Source: Rickettsiales bacterium (GTDB taxonomy: Bacteria > Pseudomonadota > Alphaproteobacteria > Rickettsiales > CANDYO01). From it: a DNA stretch of 35,413 bases. Shown here piece after piece: positions 28,543-35,413 of this stretch. The stretch's first letter is position 1. The number at the start of each line of letters is the position of its first letter. A program made the translations under genes and the position numbers. Under the pieces are notes generated by a model. It was given only the letters and a program-made list of their open reading frames with translations. It was not told the origin of the DNA and made no database searches. The stretch is from contig CANDYO010000001.1 in NCBI GenBank assembly GCA_947424995.1, forward strand, positions 1-35,413, given 5' to 3'.

Positions 28543-28916
28543 TCCCACTCCAAGGCTCCTTTTTTCCATTCATAAATGAAGCCGATGGTCAATAATCCTA
28601 AAAAGATCATCATTGACCAAAATCCTAATGTGCCTATCTTACTCAATGTAATGGCCCAAGGGAATAAAAAGGTTATCTCAAGATCAAAAATAATGAATAA
28701 AATTGAAACTAAATAGAAACGGACATCAAACTCACTACGCGAATCCTGAAATGGTTCGAAACCACATTCATAAGGAGAATTTTTTTCTTTATCTGGTCTA
28801 TAGCTAGCGAATAAAGTTGGGATTATTATAATAACCAAAGATAATACTAAAGCGATACATAAAAAAATTACAATTGGCAAATAATGAATAATATTTTGTT
28901 CTACAAGTTCATACAT
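28539..28916 (-). CDS. nuoA: NADH-quinone oxidoreductase subunit A
   Basis: Three TM helices, YECGF.P, and FDLE..FLFPW. Confidence 0.9.
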   Translation of the reverse strand: MYELVEQNIIHYLPIVIFLCIALVLSLVIIIIPTLFASYRPDKEKNSPYECGFEPFQDSRSEFDVRFYLVSILFIIFDLEITFLFPWAITLSKIGTLGFWSMMIFLGLLTIGFIYEWKKGALEWE

Positions 28917-28949
28917 AATAATGGCTCAATCAAATAAGGGGCATGATAT

Positions 28950-28978
28950 TTTATAAATGGAGATTGGCTTTTTGTCTA
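28950..28978 (-). promoter_or_regulatory. candidate nuo operon promoter, TAGACA-17 nt-TATAAA (minus strand)
   Basis: -35 is the reverse complement of 28973-28978 and -10 the reverse complement of 28950-28955. The -10 lies about 34 nt upstream of the nuoA ATG. Confidence 0.35.
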
Positions 28979-29030
28979 TAGGAAAGACTATTGCACGAGG
29001 CGCCATTTATAAAAATATCTGTTAAGTATT

Positions 29031-29078
29031 GCGATGCCGTCACTCTTGAACGAGCAAAGCGAAGTTCGAGGGTGATGG
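29031..29078. repeat. RPE-like element, short copy of the gtcaccc family
   Basis: gcgatgccgtcactcttgaacgagcaaagcgaagttcgagggtgatgg matches the 5' part of 23533-23580. It forms a local hairpin, cactcttgaac / gttcgagggtg. Confidence 0.65.
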
Positions 29079-29142
29079 TATCGTGTTGTTTTAATAGCTT
29101 ACTTTCTATAAACAATATTTTGCACGAGGCAAAATGATTAAC

Positions 29143-32100
29143 CTAATGTTCTATCATCGGCTTAATTTGCCTTCTGCTAGTACTATGTGTTAGGCTTTTT
29201 GATGCTGGTTCTCTTTCTGCATCAATAATCTGAGTAGCAACTTTGGTTGCTTTAACTTTTTGATCCTCTGATAAATCACTGAGCTCTTGCAGATTGGAGC
29301 TTTGTGAAGGTTTAGGTTTTGTCAATTCTTCAGCCTCAACAACCATTAATTCAATAGGAGTGATAATTTTTTTAGCGGCTTGTTGTATCTCTGCTTGTGA
29401 TAATTTTTGGTTTGGTTCCTGAGTAGTTGAACATATTTCAATAAAGGCATTTTTGATCGCTGATAATTTTTCATTAACCTTCATTGTTTTATATTTAGCT
29501 GCACTATCTTTACGAGCAAAAAAGCCTTTCATCCTAGTCATTACATCAGTTCCTTCTAACTCCTCTATTGCTTTCTTACTTCTACCGCGAGCGAAGAAAG
29601 CTCTCATTTTAGTTAAGAGGGGTTGTTTCTCAAAAGAGGTAACCTTTTTTTCATAGTCAGATACTGCTCTACTGTAATTTTGATTGGCTGTTAGTTTTTC
29701 TGGATTACCTGGATAAATCTTTTCAGCTAATTTTAAAGACAGAGGTCTTGAATCTGCTTTAGTATTGTTATAGGTTTCTTCCATAGCTTTGCTTAGGACT
29801 TCTGAAAATTTTGAATTTTTTATAGAATTTATTCCATTATCAAGCATTACTCCTATTAAAACAGTGGTATTTTTTGGTGATAAAAGCCCTATAGTAACTG
29901 TATCTTTTGCAGCGGCCTCAAGAGCAATTTTTTTATCTTTTTGCGAATCTATTATTTGATTTAGTTGCTCAGCATTAGTTATTTTTGGTAGTAGAGCATC
30001 AAGTAATGGTTTACCTAAATTTTCATCTTTTATTGCTTTAGGAATAAGTATATCAACTAATTCTTGATTAAATTCTTTAGCTTTAGCAGCCTCAAATAAT
30101 AAACCAGCAGCTAATTCTTTATCTTCTAATAATTTATCTATTGCTACTTTATATTCACCATCATGCAATGCTTCTAAAGTCTTTAAAGTTACATCCTTAG
30201 ACCAAATGATATTTTTTGCGATTAAAATACTGAGTAGTTCACCATTTTTAGCAGTAGTTGCTTCATTTACGAAATCTTCATCTTCACTAGAACCCTTTGG
30301 GTTTTCTGGAATGAAAGCTGCTATCTCAGCATTTATAGCTTTTCGTTGTGCCGGGTTTTTAGCTTTATTACTACAATTAATTAATGCTACGCTAGGAGGG
30401 TCAACGTCTCTTGTTTCATAATCTATTTGTTGGTCTATTTTTTTTGTAACACCTTTAATGATTTTTTGAAATAATGTAGAATCAATATCTATATTATTTG
30501 CATTAGTTAAATACGTAGTAGCTCGGTCTGGATGTTGCAAAAGCTTTTCTACTGCTGTAGTTTGCTCCTTATTATGTAATAGCTTTAAGGCTTCAAGATC
30601 TACTTTAATCTCTGCAAGAGATACATGTTTTATTATTTCACTTAAGAGGTCAACTTCTTTATCCTTTAGAGTTTTATCAATTAAATTTTGAACATTTTCA
30701 GCTACTACCAAAAATTTAGCCGAATTTTTTTGGATTGTATCATAGATAACTCTTTTTTGGGCTGGATCTGCTTTATCTATTGATTCAACAAGTTGATCAG
30801 CCATATTTGTATTGAATTTAGGACTGGTTATAAGTTGAGTTACAATTATTGCCAATAACTCATCTGAGACCAGATTAAAGTCTCTAGTAAGCTTATTCAT
30901 CGATTCTTTAATAAGCAGTAATGCTTGTTCAGGATCTTCTAGCATTTTTTCTACTGCACTTAAGTAACCAGTTTTATGTAATAATTGTAATGATTCTATT
31001 ACCGAGGGAGTGTTAATAATTTTTCTACCATTGCTATGAAGTATAAGAATGTTTAGCAATTGAGGATTTTTAAAGCCAATGGTGTTTTGAATAGATTTTG
31101 TAAAATCGTTATCATTAGCATCTGTTATAAAGTTGCTTATATTTTTTTCAATTCTTTGATTGAGTTCATTTCTTCTTTCTGAAGATTTGATGCTATTGCT
31201 ACAGTTAAATAAAATTTGTATTGCTGTATTATCTAATTTATTAGGGATTTTTGAGAGAATCAAATTAAATAAAGTATCGTCAATTGAATCTGATGATGCT
31301 AAATAGCTGATTGCCTCTTCTGGTCGTTGTAACAATTTTTCAGCTGCAGGATCATTAGTATCGTGCATTAACTTTAATGCTACCAAATTAGGTTCTATAT
31401 CTGCACTAGAGTTATTTAAGATAAGAGCACTAACTAAACTACTATTTTTAGCATCAGATGCTTGTGCGATTATTTTATTGATGTCTATATGATCTATACA
31501 TAAAAATTCACCTAAATGTTCAATAATTTTTTTGTTTAAAGTTTTCTGACTATCTGGATTTTTTGTTAAAAGATTGCTATGTTCAATAAGCTTATTAGTA
31601 AGCTTTTCTAAAACTTCATCGTTATCTTGATATTGTTCTTTGAATAATTCAATGGTCTTATCTAAAATTTCTGGCTTCTCTATCGCCATAATAATGCCGA
31701 ATTGCAATGTTTTTTCGGTGAAAGTATCATCTAACTTTGAGCTAAATAAAGGGCTTCTTTGCAGAAAGTCAAGAAAATGTTTAGGAGTGTCTCCTGTAGG
31801 ATTTTCTAATATAGGTTCTCCAGCTTTAGTTATTTCTTTGATGGTAAAGTCTCTAAGTTCATTCACTCCTTCTTCTCTGTCACCAGGGAGTCTATGACTA
31901 GGGCTATCTTGAGCAATTTCCATTACATTAATAGCTTTACGAAAATCATCATGATTATTGATTTGAGTTTTAATATACGCTTCAGTTATCTCTTTGAAAC
32001 TGCCAATTAAAAATGCACTTGCGGGCATCTGTCCTATTTTTGTTTTAAGGGCTTGAATTGACTTGTGAACACTAATCATCTCAGCTTCTGTTGGTAGATT

Positions 32101-33699
32101 TTCTGCTGACAAATTAATTATATTATCTTCTTTCCCTATAATATTAGGATTACTATCTGCTTTGCAGATTATATGAGCCATATTAAGGAAGTGTTTTTGA
32201 TCTGATTCAGGTAGAGAGGCAAAATTATAATTTTCTACTTTAACGCCTAATTTTTCTAATTTTTTTATTTCTAGATCTAGATCTAATACAGATAGAGGCC
32301 AAGTAGTATGATTGCTGACTTTAACTAATTCCTGAGCTAATTGATTAAGTACTTTTGGATTATTACGATTCTGTTCTTTAACAAGCTCAATAACTTGATG
32401 AAGCATTTCCGGTTGAGATGAAAATTTTTGCGCAGATGATCTAAAGTTTTCAACAGCAAAATTTAGTGCTTGGCTACCTATGCCAGCAGTGTCATCAAAA
32501 AGATCTGAACCTAATAAAGGTTTTTTCTGTAAAAATTCAGCAAATTCTTTTGCTTTATGAAATTCAAGATCTATTGAGATTAGGCCTAAAACAACTAGAT
32601 CTGCTTTGGTTAATGCGGCGTTTGGATCTATAGTTTCTAGTCTTGTAAGTCCTGCTTTTACTGAGATATATACATCATCTAACTCTTTGCTATTAGGAAT
32701 TTTTTCTTTTGCATCTTTATATACTTTTTCTAAAGCTACGGCTGTAGTTGGTATGGCTTCATCTGTATCATATTCGCCTTGATATTTTCCTTGTTCTGTC
32801 AGTAATTTTCCTGCTAAATCAAGAAAGTCAGTACCTGCGGTTCTAGCTAATATATTTCTCTTTTCTGTGGTTAGGATATCTGAAGCTTTAAAATCAGCGA
32901 GCTTCTCCTTAGCTAGGATTGCTTCGCCTTTTTTCTGAATTAACTTTTCTGCATGTAATTTACATTCGATAAAATCTTTAGAAGAACAGTTTTTTTTTGC
33001 TTCGGTTATTATGGAATTTACATTAGCAAATTTATTTTGTTCGCATGCTTGAGTGATTTGGTTTTTAATTAGTAATTTATTAGGTATTGAACCCAGAGTA
33101 TATCCTCCTAAATCGGCGCCTAGATTTTTAATTGCTTCATCTAGTTTTATTGCAGATTCGACTGATTCAAAATTTTGAATAGTTTGAACTAACCGAGAAG
33201 ATAGTTGATTAAGTACTTCTGGATTATCTGGGTTTTGCTCTTTAATTAATTCAATTACATTATGTAATATTTCAGGATGATCTTGATAGTTTTTTATAGC
33301 AAAGCTTAAGGCTTGACTTGCTATGCCAGCACCTTGGTCATCAGAGATATTATTACCTAGGATAGGATTTTTTTGCAAAAATTCATGAAATTTATCTACA
33401 TTATTAAGAGCGAGGACTTTTTCGCCATCAATTTTAATTAATTCAGCAGCATATGATTTAAGGTTATCAAGTGCAATTTTTTTATATATATTTCCATCAT
33501 TGGATATAAGTTCATTTATGGCCGCGTAATTACTAACTCCATAAGCCTGATTGATTTGACCTTTGATTTCGTCAACTTGTTGCACTTCTTGATCGGTTAA
33601 TTCTTCTTTGACTTCAGAAGGAGAAAAGTGACGACCTTTAGCTGCAGCGACTAATACATCTTGTGCTCTTTTTGCTAAACGTTTTGCGGCTTCTTTCAT
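29143..33699 (-). CDS. giant orphan repeat protein (1518 aa), candidate secreted effector
   Basis: Uninterrupted 4.5-kb ORF with two internal module families. No signal peptide, TM segment or beta-barrel, and no family recognised. Confidence 0.8.
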   Translation of the reverse strand: MKEAAKRLAKRAQDVLVAAAKGRHFSPSEVKEELTDQEVQQVDEIKGQINQAYGVSNYAAINELISNDGNIYKKIALDNLKSYAAELIKIDGEKVLALNNVDKFHEFLQKNPILGNNISDDQGAGIASQALSFAIKNYQDHPEILHNVIELIKEQNPDNPEVLNQLSSRLVQTIQNFESVESAIKLDEAIKNLGADLGGYTLGSIPNKLLIKNQITQACEQNKFANVNSIITEAKKNCSSKDFIECKLHAEKLIQKKGEAILAKEKLADFKASDILTTEKRNILARTAGTDFLDLAGKLLTEQGKYQGEYDTDEAIPTTAVALEKVYKDAKEKIPNSKELDDVYISVKAGLTRLETIDPNAALTKADLVVLGLISIDLEFHKAKEFAEFLQKKPLLGSDLFDDTAGIGSQALNFAVENFRSSAQKFSSQPEMLHQVIELVKEQNRNNPKVLNQLAQELVKVSNHTTWPLSVLDLDLEIKKLEKLGVKVENYNFASLPESDQKHFLNMAHIICKADSNPNIIGKEDNIINLSAENLPTEAEMISVHKSIQALKTKIGQMPASAFLIGSFKEITEAYIKTQINNHDDFRKAINVMEIAQDSPSHRLPGDREEGVNELRDFTIKEITKAGEPILENPTGDTPKHFLDFLQRSPLFSSKLDDTFTEKTLQFGIIMAIEKPEILDKTIELFKEQYQDNDEVLEKLTNKLIEHSNLLTKNPDSQKTLNKKIIEHLGEFLCIDHIDINKIIAQASDAKNSSLVSALILNNSSADIEPNLVALKLMHDTNDPAAEKLLQRPEEAISYLASSDSIDDTLFNLILSKIPNKLDNTAIQILFNCSNSIKSSERRNELNQRIEKNISNFITDANDNDFTKSIQNTIGFKNPQLLNILILHSNGRKIINTPSVIESLQLLHKTGYLSAVEKMLEDPEQALLLIKESMNKLTRDFNLVSDELLAIIVTQLITSPKFNTNMADQLVESIDKADPAQKRVIYDTIQKNSAKFLVVAENVQNLIDKTLKDKEVDLLSEIIKHVSLAEIKVDLEALKLLHNKEQTTAVEKLLQHPDRATTYLTNANNIDIDSTLFQKIIKGVTKKIDQQIDYETRDVDPPSVALINCSNKAKNPAQRKAINAEIAAFIPENPKGSSEDEDFVNEATTAKNGELLSILIAKNIIWSKDVTLKTLEALHDGEYKVAIDKLLEDKELAAGLLFEAAKAKEFNQELVDILIPKAIKDENLGKPLLDALLPKITNAEQLNQIIDSQKDKKIALEAAAKDTVTIGLLSPKNTTVLIGVMLDNGINSIKNSKFSEVLSKAMEETYNNTKADSRPLSLKLAEKIYPGNPEKLTANQNYSRAVSDYEKKVTSFEKQPLLTKMRAFFARGRSKKAIEELEGTDVMTRMKGFFARKDSAAKYKTMKVNEKLSAIKNAFIEICSTTQEPNQKLSQAEIQQAAKKIITPIELMVVEAEELTKPKPSQSSNLQELSDLSEDQKVKATKVATQIIDAEREPASKSLTHSTSRRQIKPMIEH

Positions 33700-33828
33700 G
33701 ATAAACTATAAATTAGATTGCTTATATTGCTTTAATTTAAGCATTATATAGTTAAGAAAAGATTAATGAGGACTATTTTAAAGATCATTCTATGAGATAT
33801 TGTTTATGTAAATCGATTAAAAGGTAAT

Positions 33829-33950
33829 GCGATGACGTCATCCTCGAGGACAAGCTTTGCTTGGTCTCCGGAGATCCATGCTAAATTAAGCGCCCGAAGT
33901 GATTATGGATCCCCCGAAGCTAGGCGTTGCCTAGCTCAGAGGATGACGAT
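33829..33950. repeat. RPE-like palindromic element, full copy of the gtcatcctc family
   Basis: gacgtcatcctc / gaggatgacg and ggagatccat / atggatcccc are inverted repeats. Its 3' half matches 142-202. Confidence 0.8.
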
Positions 33951-33993
33951 CACATATATTTTTAGCGCAATTTTAGCTCATGTAATAGTCTTA

Positions 33994-35337
33994 TTATTTA
34001 ACTATTAGTGATAATTTTCCATCATGAAATTCTGCTACTAACTTATCGCCAGTTTTAGATTTATGAGCGGAGGTAAGGGGAGTATTGTCTTTGCCTACAA
34101 TAATGGCAAAACCGCGGTCTAAGGTTTTTTTGTAGCTGTAGCTATTCAGTAATGAGCTAACTAATTTAAGCTTTTGCTGCCAGTTATTGTAATTATTATC
34201 AGCAGTTCTATCTAAACGAGCTTTAGCTTGGATCAGTCTTTGTTCAGCAAGTTTAACGATATCAGTTGGATGTTTTAGGCGTAAGTTTAGAGTGTTTAAG
34301 CGATTAAAGCGTAATTCAAACCATCTGATTCTTGAATTAATTAAACGGATAGAAAAATCATCAAGCCTTTGAACAAAATTATTTAAAATGCTTTGGTAAT
34401 TAGGTAATGATTTTTTTAGCATTAATAATTTACTTTGGCGAGCTTCAAAATATTTAGTTAGAGCATATTCAGCTCGATTTAAAATATTGCGGATATTGAT
34501 TGAGATAGAAGTGAGCACTGGAGTTGCCATTTCAGCTGCTGCTGTTGGTGTTGGCGCTCTTAAGTCTGCTACGAAATCAAGCAAGGTAAAATCTGTTTCA
34601 TGACCGATGGCTGAGATAAGTGGGATGTTTGATGCATAGGCAGCTCTTACTACATTTTCTTCGTTAAATGGCCATAAATCTTCAACTGAGCCACCGCCTC
34701 TAGCAACTATTATTACATCTGGTTTATCAACCATACTGTTAAAGCCGGCGATCGCTTCGCTGACTTGTGCGGCTGCTTTTTCTCCTTGGACCAATACTGG
34801 CCATAATAATACATGAGTTGGGAATCTATCTTGAATACGATGAAGAATATCTCTAATAACCGCACCAGTTGGAGAAGTAATTATGCCAATTTTTTTTGAT
34901 AAAAATGGAATTTTTTTCTTATGCTCAAGAGCAAATAAGCCTTCTTTGGCAAACTCAGCTTTGCGCTTTTCAAGCATTGCCATTAAAGCGCCAATACCAG
35001 CTAATTCAACTTTTTCTACTACCAATTGGTATTTAGATTGACCAGGATAAATAGTAATAGTACCTACACAAATAAGCTCAATACCCTCTTGTGGTTTGAA
35101 GTTTAAATTGTTAAAGACGCCTTTCCAACAAACGGCTGCCAGTAGCGCGTTTTCATCTTTTAAGGAAAAATAAGCATGTCCTGAAGGTGCTAGTTTAAAA
35201 CCAGAAACTTCACCACGAATTTTGACATAAGCAAATTCATTTTCCACCACCGATTTTAGTCGATAAGAAATCTGGCTCACCGTATATTCTGGTGGCAACA
35301 TTATAGCGATGGATTTTAATTGTTCTGGTTGTTTCAT
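33994..35337 (-). CDS. xseA: exodeoxyribonuclease VII large subunit
   Basis: N-terminal OB fold (V.GE.S......SGH.YF.LKD), IG..TS..GA...D, ARGGGS.EDLW.FN, and a C-terminal coiled coil. Confidence 0.95.
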   Translation of the reverse strand: MKQPEQLKSIAIMLPPEYTVSQISYRLKSVVENEFAYVKIRGEVSGFKLAPSGHAYFSLKDENALLAAVCWKGVFNNLNFKPQEGIELICVGTITIYPGQSKYQLVVEKVELAGIGALMAMLEKRKAEFAKEGLFALEHKKKIPFLSKKIGIITSPTGAVIRDILHRIQDRFPTHVLLWPVLVQGEKAAAQVSEAIAGFNSMVDKPDVIIVARGGGSVEDLWPFNEENVVRAAYASNIPLISAIGHETDFTLLDFVADLRAPTPTAAAEMATPVLTSISINIRNILNRAEYALTKYFEARQSKLLMLKKSLPNYQSILNNFVQRLDDFSIRLINSRIRWFELRFNRLNTLNLRLKHPTDIVKLAEQRLIQAKARLDRTADNNYNNWQQKLKLVSSLLNSYSYKKTLDRGFAIIVGKDNTPLTSAHKSKTGDKLVAEFHDGKLSLIVK

Positions 35338-35369
35338 AAGTTTTGTTTTGGTTAAAGGTTTAGTTAAAC

Positions 35370-35413
35370 GAGGCCGTCACCCTTGGGGCGCAAAGCGACC
35401 CGAGGGTCCAGTT
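35370..35413. repeat. RPE-like element of the gtcaccc family, truncated by the window edge
   Basis: gaggccgtcacccttggggcgcaaagcgacccgagggtccag matches the 5' part of 23533-23578. Confidence 0.6.

Noticed and set aside
28543-28569. ORF-track start of nuoB at 28569.
   Set aside because: The ATG at 28542 forms the classic ATGA overlap with the nuoA stop and gives a typical NuoB length. The longer form would overlap nuoA by 31 nt.
29453-31897. Plus-strand ORFs 29453..29656, 30206..30421 and 31640..31897.
   Set aside because: They are short antisense frames inside the uninterrupted 4.5-kb minus-strand ORF.

Overview
The window is visibly AT-rich and looks alphaproteobacterial, most likely from an obligate-intracellular Rickettsiales-type genome. 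Evidence for that placement: a GapR/DUF2312 gene, a 41-aa alpha-type L36, and a fragmented complex I cluster (nuoABCDE, then a gap, then nuoF, with no nuoG following). There are also GC-rich palindromic RPE-like elements, one inserted in frame in ligA, plus ankyrin and giant orphan proteins. The housekeeping backbone is map, a cinA-like gene, ligA, a reversed-order FadB-like enzyme, an NMO-like oxidoreductase, rpmJ (missed by the ORF track), erpA, ybaB-smpB-dapA, nuoA-F and xseA. Interleaved with these are orphan or accessory genes: a 546-aa membrane protein, a protein with 84-nt tandem repeats, a secreted transglutaminase-like protein, a 770-aa ankyrin protein, a lipoprotein cluster, and a 1518-aa modular repeat protein. 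I found no tRNA, rRNA, CRISPR array, transposase or integrase. The observations most worth a second look are listed here. (1) A diverged duplicate of the gapR 3' end brackets a 0.9-kb insert, and its substitutions are almost all synonymous, which looks like an att-type integration scar. (2) A palindromic element of about 37-38 codons sits in frame in the ligA adenylation domain. (3) Two 132-nt structured repeats bracket nuoF, and each supplies the stop codon of a small ORF. (4) The 1518-aa two-module repeat protein is flanked by palindromic elements and is an effector candidate. No canonical defence or mobile system is recognisable. All functional calls rest on motif recognition by eye and need database confirmation.
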